Both the position numbers and the translations under genes were made by a program. Under the pieces are notes generated by a model, which made no database searches, was not told the DNA's origin, and was given only the letters and a program-made list of their open reading frames with translations. This document shows positions 36,087 to 49,349 of a DNA stretch of 64,000 nucleotides, one piece after another (positions within the stretch are counted from its first letter, which is position 1; each line of letters opens with the position of its first letter). The DNA is from Nymphaea colorata (Eukaryota), in assembly GCF_008831285.2 (NCBI RefSeq), contig NC_045138.2:11966001-12030000 (forward strand). The letters are read 5' to 3'.

Positions 36087-36256
36087 GGAACATGGTTCAT
36101 TTCTCAGATTATTTTCGGCATTGGATAACCGCCTCGGCAAACGCATAAATGAAAAAGAAGAAATTGTTGTGGAACATGGTTCATTTCTCAGATTATTTTC
36201 GGCATTGGATAACCGCCTCGGCGAACGCATAAATGAAAAAGAAGAAATTGTTGTGG
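36087..36256. repeat. 84-bp tandem duplication in intron 2
   Basis: Copies start at 36087 and 36171 with one mismatch. Confidence 0.95.
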
Positions 36257-37887
36257 CTGCAAGATTCTGATTGGCATATACCTTACAATTCGTCACAGCT
36301 AATTACATTAAATTTCATCTTTTACACATTACCTTGCATCTCTGGTTTGTTCGATTCATTGGTTGTCATATGATTTGGCCTATAAGCAGCTGCACCAATG
36401 GAAACATCTTTCCTGGGAAGGAAATTGCAGTCTTTGATCTGATTTGTCTGTGGAGAATGGATATAGTGGCTTCGCTGTACTAACTTGACATGTAGTTGAG
36501 TTTCACATGGGCGTAGTGGCTTATGCATATGCAGTCATGGATGCATATATGTTCACATTTCCTACCATTGAAAGTCAATCAGTAGATTCAAGCTCTACTG
36601 AAATTCTGAAACTCATTCTTACTAATAGATGAGTTTATCATAGTTTGGTTGGTAGGAATCACAACGTAGATCTTGCTTTCCCATGTAAAGTTATGATTTT
36701 TTGAGTCATGAAAAATCCATAAATGTCAGTGTGTGGTTTTCAAACCCTTGACTACTTGCAGATGTTTGACCAGGGGCATGCTTTTGACTATGCAAACCGT
36801 TTATATTGTCTTTAAATCTTTATATGTGGCCTAATTTGGCAAAGATTTGAAAAAATATGGAAAAAATTATCTTTACTTAACGGCTGGAGAATTAGAAAAA
36901 TGTTAAAGTAGCCTAATGTTGGAGCTAAAATTAGTTTCTTTAAGTTTTCTTTGTGGTATCTGGATATAAGTTACTCAACGATTTTGTGACTTGCCCATGT
37001 CACATAGGTGCAGGACTGCAGGTGTTGATGGGACATTTTTTGGGAAAAACATGTTGTCAACCTAAATAGGCCTCACAGATCATATTTTGAGGTTGAATTT
37101 AGGCTTGTCTACCATTCTTTTTGGCTGCCAACTCCACCTTATTTACATTTGAAGCAAACACCATGCTATGCCTAGGATCAGGGACAATCCATGGATAATC
37201 TATTAAAATATGCTTTCTAAGTCACATGAGTACTTAGGTAAGGTCCATGTACCTATGACAGCATACCAACATGGCAAAACAGGTACAAGTACATAGCTCG
37301 GTACTTTTTGGATTAGAACCAATCCAAATGGCATGTTGTATATTGTGTTCTTGCTACTGTATAAATGACATTCAAGTTAAGCTTGTTCTAGTATCAGATA
37401 ATGTTGGTTGGCGAAACAGAGAACAATTGTCATGGTGACTTTGTGTGGATGTTTCCAATAAAAATCTATGTTCTCTTGAGTGCCTTCGTAGCAAACAAAA
37501 AAATTGAGGTACCATCCAAGTGATGATATTTTAATAATGGATGAGATAATGAAACATTGAATTTGACAATTTTCAGTTATATTGTTTTTATGGGTTAAAG
37601 TTTGATTTTGTAATATGAGTATCATGGTTGGTAAATGTTTTATATTTTGGATAACAGATGTTTATTTTTATAGTCCACAAATGATTTACTTTTTTTGTTC
37701 TCCAAAACATTTCATTTTTTTTTCTTTGGTTTATTAGGTACATGTTTTTTATATTTCGAAGCATATGCCTCGCTTCAAGGAGATCTGTCCTTTCATGTTT
37801 TTCTTTCGCTTCTTCCTATATTGGATACTACATGTTTTTTCCATGGGGTTCTTGAGCCGTGAATAGTTGTATCTCATATGTAGGAAC

Positions 37888-38760
37888 CAATGTTAGAGAT
37901 GTCGTGATATGTTTGAAGATATTGTGATATTAATGTGAAAAGCAAGAAAAACGAAAAAAACGTGAAAAAATCATGATATTTTGAAAAAAAATCGAAAAAT
38001 ATCTTTATTGTGTTATTTTCACGATTTTTTCCATTTTTCTCTTTGGATTCAAAATTAAACTTAAACTAAATTATTTTTATCACCTTTATCCTTTGTCACA
38101 TGGGTACTTCTGTAAAATACAGCAGTACCCGTACCGGTCAGGTATGACACTGGTACTGGTAGTGTCTCGGTACTTTTTGGGTATTGGTCAAAGTGTCAAA
38201 CAGTATCGGATACGGTCAATGTACCAAAGACTGTATCCGTCCAATTTAGGACTCGGTCAAAGTTGACTGAGTCCCTTCCTATCCAAAATTTAGGATTTTT
38301 TGTTTTGTTCTTTACACCATTTACACTCAAGAAATGTGTTTTCATATTTTGTTCAATAGTTTCTTTTTTAGAAACTATGAATTTTGAATCATGAATGTGT
38401 TATTTTGTTTGAATTATTATTTTATGTGTTATATGTATACATATATATGCCGTACCCCTGTACCCAAGAAAAAATTCCTAACCAGTACCCTATATATATA
38501 TATATATAGGCGTACCCCTGTACCCAAGAAAAAAAATCCTAACCAGCACTCGTTCCGGCACCCGTACTCGTACCTATGTGTGGCATTTATCTGATTTTTA
38601 TTAGTTTCTAGTGTATTTCATTTTTACCTGTTTGTTTTTTATTTATTTTTTCTTTTCTTATAGTTTTCTGTGTTTTTCCCAAGATAAACAACTTTGCCAA
38701 AAAATTAACTGAGAAAAAATCTCGCCATTGAAATCTCAAGAATGATATTTGTGACCATGT
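37888..38760. mobile_element. Decayed nested hAT-type MITEs in intron 2
   Basis: CAATGTTAGA start with (C)GATAT-type motifs. The inner segment 38091-38586 runs CTTTGTCACA...TGTGTGGCAT with GTACCC repeats and resembles the 10125 family. Confidence 0.45.
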
Positions 38761-41700
38761 TAATTGGCCAGGTTGTAACGATGGAGGTGCAATTTTCAAT
38801 TCAGTTGAGATTGGGTTAAATTACTGAAATTGGTGGCTTGGGTTACATCAATTTGCCAAATTGATGATTTTGGCCTTTCAAAAATAAACGATCTTAAGCT
38901 TATGTATGGAGTGGGAGAACTTTTAGTTGATTTTTTATGAAATTTGCTACCTTGTTGAGGGAGAAGAACGTTGAGAACTTGAGATAGTTATTGTGTTTCA
39001 AAAATATAGACATGGACTGCTGCTCATTAATTGTGGTGACTGTTTATTTTAGAAATTGTACTTTCACTTTATTGAACGTATAAACTTCCTGAGTTTTTGC
39101 TATGTGGCGGAAAGCACTAGACAGCATGCTCCATAAAACAGCTTAGATGGAGCATCAGCAGTCCTATTCCTCAGAAAATGAGGTGAAAATAGGAAAATAA
39201 ACAGAATAAAAAGTTCGAAAGTGAGGTTTTTAAGAACATCAATCGATATATTGGAACTTGGAAGGAAAGAAGAAATTTTTGAGTTAAAAATTTATTTATT
39301 GTTTGGAGTGTTTTGATTCCTCACACTAGGCTGCTGGCCCCTCCGGGCTCCTTGGCACACTGATAAGTACAGAAGTTCAAAAAATGAGGTTTAAGCTAGT
39401 GAAAAATTCAAAAGATCATTGAAAGTGATTTTGACTTAGCATTGTATGAGGATTTTCTATGCTATGGGCTATGGCGATGAAAGGAAAATCAGTGATGAAC
39501 TTTTGTTTTTATAGAAATGTTGGTTAGTTGTAGATGGAGTAAATTGCAAGTGTTTGTGTTTTGCATTTGGAAATTAGCTCTTGTAGCATTTGCTTCATGT
39601 AAAGCTGAACTCTTTGGAATGATTGGAATAGATCTTGCATTGACCTACAGGTTGACAATCTTCAGCATGCTGCTCCACTGCTTCTCTGGTCTAGCAATGG
39701 AAGATGGGTGTTTTTGAAATGATTTTTGTTTCTTTAACTCATTAATATCATTTGAATTTTTTTTTTGCATCCTTTTATAATATATAGCTTCTTTGTGGCA
39801 ATTTTCACTTGCATCATTTATTCATTGACAGGCATGTGCAACTTGTCAGTATTATTGTGTTGGAAAATCATCTCTTATTAGTAAAAATCTAACATGCGCT
39901 CATTGTTACAAATATTAGTGTCCTTGAGTATATTGTAGAAAAATGACAGTGATTTACTTAAGGGACATTATGGGAGACTTCTGTGTTGTTTGTAATAAGA
40001 ATTTAGAAGAATGAAGCCCATCAATTGAAAATTTCTTTGTTTAGTCCAAAGTCCAAACTAGAAAAGGGTAACAATGTTATAGAAAGAGGCATGATGTATA
40101 TTTTTGTGCTTCATGCACAATGATTCTAATTATTTAGATGTTTCAGATGGATGACCTTTCTAAAGTGAATCTATTCATTACATACTATAGTTTGTTGACA
40201 TGGACTGTTCTATGTTGCAAGCCATGCTGGGGTTGTTAAAGCATTATTGGACAAGGTAAACTTTGAGTATGAATTGAGGCTCTATCTAGCTGTCCTGGCA
40301 GGAAGCCATGCTCTTTTGGAGTTTGGTTGAGCTGACTCGGTAGGTAGTTGACATTATCTCTTCTTTATGGGGTTTGATGAGGAGGGAAGCCCTATTTTGG
40401 TAACTAAAAGGCAGAACTGTCATCAAAACCTTCCTCATATTGTTTGTTGCATAACAAGGAAAGATAAGTGATGTGCCACAAGGTAATGGGACAATACAGA
40501 AAGGGAAAGGGGTATATTCTGGAGGAATAGAATGTGTTCCTGTGGTTTAGGGTCACTGCCAGGTAATATTCTGGGCTAATCCGACCTACATCCAATTTAG
40601 GTTTTCTTCGGATGTCAGATCCTGTAGCTTATTGTGTCTCATTTAGGCCACATCCTGTTATTTGGATACCATGTGTTGCTTAGTTAAGCTAAGCAAATAA
40701 CATCTGTGGTGGGCAAGCCTAGGTCACTGTAAATACTATGTGCTGGGAGTTTGGACTTAGGAGATATGATCTTTGTGTTTTGTTTGGTTATTATCTCTCT
40801 AGTTGAAGGAAAAAAGGTGCTTCGACTTCATATAAAATCTTTAATGAGCTTGATGTTGCTGACCTTACATTCATGGTTTTGATCATTGAGTGCATGGCTG
40901 TGCATATTGTGGATCTCCGTAAACAAAAAGCATTGGTGTGTATGACAGATGAGCCTGGAAGAGATGATCTGTGTATTTATAAGTCTATCCATTAGAAGAT
41001 AAGAGATTTCATGTAATTTTTTGTTTCAACAAATTTTAAAGATTAAAACATAGATGTTTCTTCTTCTGCAAGATGAGATTGGGACGAGGGAAGTGAATGA
41101 CCACATGCATAGAACATTAGGCACAGGAACTCTGTAATGTTGCCTATACAAGTTCTGATGTAGAAGGCCCTCTTGGTCTATTGGATTGTTATCTTCTCAT
41201 ATAATTGAAGGAGAATATGGAAGCAAAGAACCTTATATTCTTCAGATTGTTTAACATCATACTAGCTAATCATTATGCCATGTCGAAACAAAGCAGTGGA
41301 TTTGAATTACGTATTCCTAAAATCATGGAAAGATATGTTAGTGACTATCTTGTCAAGGTTTCAATACAAGGACCATGTATGTGGTTGTGTAGATTTTCTG
41401 GGATAAATTGAAACGTTTTCATTGTTTGTTTTATGTATAAGCTGATTCAGTGATTTCTGTGAAGACTATTTGAGAATGATGCTCTAAAGGAAGAATATGA
41501 TAGTTGAGTTTTGGAAATGGTTAGTTGCCTTTTCTTTAAGCCCACCAGAAAACTGAAAAGGTTTCATGTAATTATTATAAAGATAAAAACGAGTTATATT
41601 ATTTCTTTTGTAATGTATTCAGTAATTTATTGTGCAAGATGATGACTGAGGAAAGTGGAAAGAACATGAGGCACTGGAACGTTGCAGAGCATGTCCATTT

Positions 41701-42262
41701 TACTGTACAGGACCTGATGTCCAAGAAGACGCACTTGGTTGATTGGTTGTTCAAAAAGGTCTTCTGCTATAACTTAAAAAAATAAAAACTACACGAGAAA
41801 GGATCGATTTCTTTGGTTGTTTTAGCATCACTCTGGCTAGTTGCCCAAATTTATGAGTTGTATTCTGTCTAGACTCAACACCTTCAAATGGGATAAGGTG
41901 AATTACTACGATTTCTTAATGTGGATTGCTGACGGGAAAGGTATTATTGTCAACTGTCTTCTGAAGGTTCCATACAGGAACTCCGTTCCCAACCTGCCCG
42001 TTAGGCACTTTCAGAATATACCCTATTCAGTGGGTATACATAGTAATCCATTCGGACACTTAATATCACAATGTTTCACACGTTTGGATATTCATTTTTT
42101 ATATGCTGAAGCTGATTGTCTGTGCTTGATGTGTAAGCCGAATATGATAAGCAAAAATATATGTTCTAATAGGGAGATAAGTTTCAATGAATGGTTCCAT
42201 TAATCATTCTTTGTTGCCATGTTCTTTTCCCACTGTAATTTTTGCTGATGTTTATGGTGCAG

Positions 42263-42989
42263 CACTGCTGGGTGCCCATTCGGAGAAGGCTGTCATTTTC
42301 TGCATTATGTGCCAGGAGGCCTCAACGTTGCGTCACAGATGCTGCAGAACCTAAATAGCGCTGCACCTGCTGTAAGAAAGCAAGTTCCAGACGTTCCATC
42401 AGCTCCTGCTGGTGTGAAGACAAAAATCTGCAACAAGTATAATACTGCAGAAGGATGCAGGTTTGGTGATCAGTGTCATTTTGCCCATGGGGAGAGGGAG
42501 CTGGGGAGGCCAATAGCACCTGGGATGAGTTACCAGATTGGCCCTGCTCCTGGAGGCAGGTTTTCAGGCAGGCTTGAGCCTGCTGTCCCTCCAACAGCTG
42601 CTAGTTTTGGAGCCTCTGCCACTGCAAAGATAAGCATCGACGCATCCCTTGCTGGTGCCATTATCGGTAAGGGGGGAGTTAATTCTAAGCAGATATGCCG
42701 TGTTACAGGCGCAAAGCTCTCAATCAGAGACCATGAGTCAGACCCTAACTTGAAGAACATTGAGCTAGAGGGGAGCTTTGATCAGATCAAACACGCGAGC
42801 GCGTTGGTTAGAGAATTAATTGTTAGTGCAGCTGGTCCACTTAAGAGCCCTGGGGGGCCGCCTCCAGCTGGTGCTGGCCCTGCCAGCAACTTTAAAACGA
42901 AGCTGTGTGAAAACTACAGTAAAGGATCCTGCACGTTCGCAGACAGATGCCATTTTGCACATGGAGCAGCTGAATTGCGCAAAGTGTAG
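42263..42989 (+). CDS. CCCH/KH protein, exon 3 (completes finger 1, then finger 2, KH domain and finger 3); full protein 294 aa
   Basis: tgcag|C ACT GCT reads TAGCPFGEGCHFLH...KTKICNKYNTAEGCRFGDQCHFAHG...AGAIIGKGG (KH GXXG)...KTKLCENYSKGSCTFADRCHFAHG...TAG. Exon lengths sum to 97+61+727 = 885 nt. Confidence 0.96.
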
Positions 42990-43989
42990 GATTGTGTCAG
43001 GTGGCGGCCTCTCTTTTTCGATCTCGGATGGTGTTTGTTATCAAGAGTCTGGGGCTTCTAATGCGTTCCGTTGAAGGAATTAGCTTTAAAATGTTTCTTT
43101 TTTTTTTCCCATGTTAAATCATGTTACATTGTTTCAACTATTGCAAGGCTTTCACCGGAGGCGTTTCAAGTAGGCAGTTGCACTGTTCATCTCGTTTTCT
43201 TGAAGCACCTGTGGGTTTTCTAAATTGTCTCCTTTTGAAAATTTATAATTCAATCCCAAGTTTGTGATCTGTCCCCTTGCCTTCCTACGTGGAAGCAAGT
43301 TGGAGGACTTTTTGTTTTGGTTGCAATCATGAGTATCTGTTCGGTCGGCTACCGGCTGTTTTGTGTGCAGTCAGCTCTATCCGCGAGGTTAGGATCTTGA
43401 AGTTGATGGGTTTGAAGCCTCACGACTGCAAGTTGACAAGGAAACTCTCTCTGAGCCTCCTGCACCTTTTTGTTCTAGTTTCCGAGGTTTGGCAGAATGA
43501 TATGGGCGATCTGCTAACTTGATCTCTATCTGCTTGGTTAGGAGGTGCAAGTTGATAAATTCAATGTTTTGGGCTTTCAAAAGGATAAACTTGTAAAACA
43601 GGAAGAAGGAAAAAGAATTAATCAAATGACGCAATTTTCTTTTGATGTTCCTCTAGTGGGTGAGAGTGCGTAAGTGTCTAACTAGTCTTCCTTCAAGAAA
43701 CTCTCTCTCTCTTTCTCTCTCTAAGCGCGTCTGTGCAGATCTGTTCATACCTTTTCATTTGACATCTTATAACACCTTGTGAGTCCAGCTTTTGTAGCTC
43801 TCTTGTTCTTTTGCTGGACTTATAAAGCTCATTAGCTACTACCAAAACTCTAAACATCAAACATAAAGGTAATACGAACTCAAAATTTTGGTTAGTTAAC
43901 TGCATGCATCATTTTTCTTGAATTTGTATTTTCTGCAATAAACTCTAGTACATTAATGACAAAATAACATGTTTGTAAATTGACAAAGC

Positions 43990-44960
43990 AACATAATAAG
44001 TATCATTAGGTCATTTGAAAACCCATATCTTAATATAATCCTCATCTTATTTGAAGTTCACCTAATTCAAGTACTTCAACAATTTTCATAAATTATGCTA
44101 ACTGTTTAGGCCCACATCCCTTGTATGAGATAAAGAAACATTTCAAAAACTTAGTTGTTTTCTCAGAAGACAAGAGGCTCACGTTTTCTAGAAATGACCA
44201 TTGCTAATTGAAACTGACGGAAAAATACTGTATGCCAAGTAGAAACTAATTGCTTTCATCCAATATGAATGTCTTCAATCCATTAAATGGCTTCTTGTAT
44301 TGTTCGCTCCATCCAGTCCACTCAATCTTTACATCCTTAGAGAATGCTTCTTCAATTGCTACTTCAGATGATCTGGCATTTATCTTAAGAACATGCAAAC
44401 GGCAAGAAACACCACGACTTTAAGCCCTTTTCATTCGCATATTCTAAAATGATGGCCAGTTGAATGCTACTCTTTGCCTTAACATGTACCTTGCTACATT
44501 ATTAATGATGAGTTCACAGTTTATTCTTTCGGTCGTATTTTTGCTTATGAAATATGGTGACGTTGCTTTTCCCATTTTAGGTTTTTGACACTTCATTCAT
44601 GCTAAATTATAAAGATTGTTAGAGCTTCCAACATTATCAAGCCTCCTATTCTATTTGTAGTTATCAAACCCTTAAGATGCAGATGACTTCTTAATGAACT
44701 TCTCTGCATGGTTTGTCCTTGAATAGGTACGAATATCAACATTTTTTTTTATTTGGACTGTTCTTCAATTAGTCTTTATATTCATCATAACATGTAACTT
44801 TAAAATTTCTTTGCTTTTGATAGTTTAACTGAAATTCACGACTGTGAGGTTGACAATGATCTCAACAAAGATATGTTTTTATAAACACTATCTGGAACAT
44901 TGCGATGTCAAGTAGATATAAAAATAGGATTTACAGGAAACGGTACTTGGTTAATGTTTG
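43990..44960 (-). mobile_element. Highly decayed hAT transposase (DUF4371/ZMYM1-like) fragment
   Basis: QLAIILEYANEKG, FNGLKTFILDE and LELGELQIR*GLY*DMG..NDT, which correspond to EQMAIVLRYVD, FNGLK.LI and GLNQE..GDTRW. Confidence 0.6.
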
Positions 44961-45159
44961 TATTGCTTTGCTTCTCAGTTGATTCTTGTTGATTCCATAT
45001 TAAAATTTCTCCTTAATTTGAATAATATATACCAAGTATTGGATCGTGTGCTAGAAATGTATCCATTCCTATGCGTTAAAAATAAAATAAAATTGGTTAA
45101 GCATATAATTACAATACTCTACACACCATACTCGTCTAATTTTCTAGTCACCATGTCAT

Positions 45160-45206
<47 letters not shown>

Positions 45207-45609
45207 ATATTTTTTTTTGTTATTATCATGTGGCAATAAATAAGAATGCATGATAAATGAGAACAAAGCATAGACGAAAAGGATAATATATTATATTTTC
45301 TTATCAAATATATAATTGATGATTTATTTCCTATAAAAAATTTAATCCAATAAATACATCCTATTGCAAACGAAACATAAAATAGTCATGCATAAGTACT
45401 CGCTAACTTTGAAGAAACCTCAATCTCTTGATAAATCCAAGACAAAGGACAAACACCAAAACGAATCAATTGCCTTGAAGAGTTAAACAAGTACATGATA
45501 TTAGATGGATCACAATCTCAACAATCTACAAAAAAAGTCAACAATTTGAAAATGGCCATAAATTTGAGTTAAATATTAATAGGTAGGTAAAAAAAAATCA
45601 AATAATAGT

Positions 45610-46500
45610 TAGTAAATAATCTGTAAAAATAGTCATATTTGGAGAGACCCATATAATTTTATAAGTTGGAAAGATCACCTGTGATTTCAATGAAAAATGC
45701 GTGAACATTTCCATCTTAAGCTAGACTTATAGCACTTAAAAAAAAGTTTACAGATTTGATTCAAATAGTGCTTCTTTACACATGAAAACACTAAATCCTG
45801 TGATGTCTTAGAGATGAAGCAGATCATCTACTATTGTTTCCAATACATTCACAAGTTCAGTAGAGTAACAAAAGTAGGTTTCTTTAAAAGATAAATAGCC
45901 AATGTCTGGATGGCTTAGGATAGCTATGTTTGGCATTTTAGTAAGCACTCAATTAGTCATCATGTCTCTATGATTGAGAAACAAGAACATGGCACTGCTT
46001 GATTGTACATAAATCATAAGAGCATTCGATATATATTGTTTCTTTCAAACTCTTCTGTCTCAATAACATTTTCCTTTATTTTTCTCTTTCAATAAATCCA
46101 GTGGGAAACACACTCCATATAGTAGTTTCTTGTTCTCAACAATTTCGGTAGATTTTTTATCTTCTTTAGTTGTCAATGCCGAATGATTTTCACTAAATCA
46201 TATGCAACAAAATCAGGTATATGATTATGTTGACTCAAAATGATGATATCATTGCATGTCAGGTAATTTTATATTTTATATTGAAGATATTTCTTCCTAG
46301 TGAAGTTCATTTCTTACCAGTAGAGGTATTTCTTACTGCACTATAGGTCATTTCTAGACAAATTTGGTTAGTGGAGCCATTGTCATTGAAAAAAATCACA
46401 AATGACAAACATTATTAGTTGTTTTTGAGGGATTTACAGCAGAAAAGTGTTGCCATGGTGTTATCACTTGTAATTTTTTCTTGTTTAAAGACTTGGCTTC
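45610..46500 (-). mobile_element. Second decayed hAT transposase fragment (3' half)
   Basis: LNQE..DT.W-like segment near 46490-46440 and weak dimerisation-domain-like sequence near 45800-45670. Confidence 0.4.
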
Positions 46501-46543
46501 ATTTTGTAATTGATTACAGAAACATGTTGGCTTCACTTATGTG

Positions 46544-46719
46544 CAAGGGCAGAGCCGGGTGGCAGGGGCCACGGCCTCCCAAAATTTAGAAAAACGAAAA
46601 ATTATCTTGTAAAATTTTAGCAAATTTTCATTTAGCTCCCATGAATGTTTTGGAAAACCTAATAGATGTTTGTCACAATTTTCTTGGCCCTCAAGAAAGA
46701 AAGCTTGGCTCTGCCACTA
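46544..46719. mobile_element. 176-bp MITE with an 8-bp TSD
   Basis: TIRs CAAGGGCAGAGCC / GGCTCTGCCACTA and TSD CTTATGTG / CTTAGGTG. Confidence 0.75.
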
Positions 46720-47824
46720 CTTAGGTGGAAAATGTTGCACATGCTCATGTATGTCCTAGGATGATGCTATGACTACAAGCAATTGGTGAGGAAACTATTG
46801 TAAGAAATGTAATATTGTTTACCTTTTTTATTTCATCTTATGCATGTGAGATATATTACTCCGATAATCTTTCACTGCAGAATTTCATTCAAGCATTAGA
46901 CTGTTCAACCGGGTGTTAAAATAGATTTGGAAGAAGTTGTAACATATCTACCAACACTAGATTTTGTCATGAAATGATGCTCCCTTCGATTGATTTGCAC
47001 TAGTGACAACAAATCCTTCACGCAACTTCCTCAAAACATAATTCCTCTTTTTATTTCTAATTGTTAATTTGATAATTTAATAATAATGTGAAAATCATTA
47101 TTATTGTTATTACTATTATTATCATAGTACTAGTGTGTATCAGCATAATCAAACTATAGAATTCTTTAGGTCTTTATGATTTAAGGGTCTAACAAAAAGT
47201 TTGCAATCAAATGGAAGGAAATTTTATTGAACGACAATAGATTGGATTCAAATGATATATTCATTGAACCTGCTATAAAAATTTTGGATACAAAAACAAA
47301 AATAACATTAAGTTAAGAAATCATGTTACATTTCTATTCAGTTTTAGATAAATGTCCGCTTGGACAATAGAGATCTTAAGATGGACATCCAAATCTGAAG
47401 TGATGAGACAATATCGGATCTGAATTTTGATATGCAAATTCGAAATTATGAGTTAATATGTGATCCATTCGAGATGTCTGAATGTAAAGTGGTAAGCTGA
47501 CATTCGATCTTATTAAAGAATATCCGATCCAATTCGAAATATCCGAATACGAAGGCGAGCCATGGGCTGGTCCCTTTGGATTTTGAAGCTGCAAGCCTTT
47601 ACAACCTTGGGCTCAAAAGTTCCGGCCAAAGGAACAAAGGGACAAACTTAAGTTGTTAGTATCAAGTGAACGTAGATTTTAATCTAAAAGGTTAACATTC
47701 ATAGCTAATATAGTCTCGTGGGGTTTTGAAGCTACAACTGATGACAATGTTGCACTGTTATTTATACAAAAACTTAAAACTATCATCACATGTAATTTGC
47801 TAATTTGAGAAGAAAAACTTTTTA

Positions 47825-49050
47825 CTAATAGAACCACTTGTGTTTTTAATTAATTAATAGATATTCCATTTAACTAAACGAACGACCTTATGTAATAAAA
47901 TAGGAAATAGTACATGTCACTTTATTTAAGAATTCTCACTGTAGATGAACATCATGAAAATTTGGATTATTGAAACAAAATTTGTTATTATTTAAAAATA
48001 TAAAAATTAATGTTGTCCGTACACATTTAATGTCTAATAAGTCAAATAAATCATTTTGTATAAGCATCCAATCTGAGTAAAAATTTTATATATATTGAAT
48101 CCATAAACTAGTTTTTTTTTTTATAAACATTTAGGAAAAAAAAATTGATTAGAGAAAATATTTGAAAATAATACATAATTTTTAAATAAAAATAAACCCA
48201 AACTTTATTCAATGAAGGTATTCATTTTAATTAATTAATTAATTTCTTTATGAAATCAGTCAATGCAATATATTTTTAATTAATTTGGTCAATTAATTAA
48301 TTATCTAATATGTAAATGAGAAAATATAAAAAATTTAAAGAAAATTGGTCCATTATAAATTTATTTTGCTTAATTCAGACTTGAAATATGAAAAGAGCAA
48401 ATAACTTACTTTGTTTTATTAAACAATTATATTTTGCTGCCACCACTATTGGGGACTTAAAATTCTCATAGCATATAATTTGTCAACTTGAGAATAAAAT
48501 CTTTTAAATAATAGAAAAGTTGCTCCATTTAATCAATACATAGATATTTCATTCGACCAAACAAATGATTTCATATAATATAGTAAATTTTTTTAACGAA
48601 CTCGATTAAATGAAAAAGTTTCCTAAAATAATATATAAGTTTAAAAGGAAATCATATAGTTAAACTTACTTAAGAATCTCAATATAGGTAATCGTAATGA
48701 AAAATTGCTTACCAAAGCAAAATTTGGTATTAGTTAGAAACATAAAATCTAACATGAGATATACTCATTTAATATGAATACAAAACTAAAATTGTGTAAT
48801 GAAGTAACTATTAGTCTAATTAATCAAATAAATCATTTTGTACAACCAATGAAATCTGAGCAAAAATTTTTACTATTCAATAAATAAACTAGCTTTTCTG
48901 GATAAAAATTTAAAAAAGGAATTGATCAGAGAAAATAATTAAAAATGGTATAAAGTTAGTTAACCTAAGCTTTATTTGATGAATCTATCTATTTTATTTA
49001 ATTTATTAATTAAACTGCTTTATCTAATCAACCAATGCAACATTTTTTTT
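47825..49050. repeat. Diverged AT-rich tandem duplication (~0.7-0.8-kb unit)
   Basis: Shared blocks such as TCAAATAAATCATTTTGTA (48042 and 48824), AATCTGAG.AAAAATTTT and ATTGAT.AGAGAAAATA occur in the same order. Confidence 0.7.
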
Positions 49051-49349
49051 AGTAATCATAAAGCCACTTGGTGATTAAAGAAGCAAGTGTACTAGCGTTA
49101 TTTTTTCCCCTCACTTTGTCATCTACTTTTTCTATTTTTGAAAAGTTTTTCCTTTCCTTGACCACCTTCTCCACGGTAGGATTGGCGGATGCTAGGGAGG
49201 AAAAGGTAATTGAAAATTCAGTTACATCTTTTCACGAACATAAACATGCTTGCATGCACATTAAGACACAAGCCTGTTGAGATTCATACCCAAACGAAGT
49301 TCAGATCCATATCCAAATAAATTCTCCAAGCTTGAATTTAACTTCTTTA

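Noticed and set aside
42309..42989. Stand-alone 226-aa ORF
   Set aside because: It starts at an internal GTG and is exon 3 of the spliced gene beginning at 34801.
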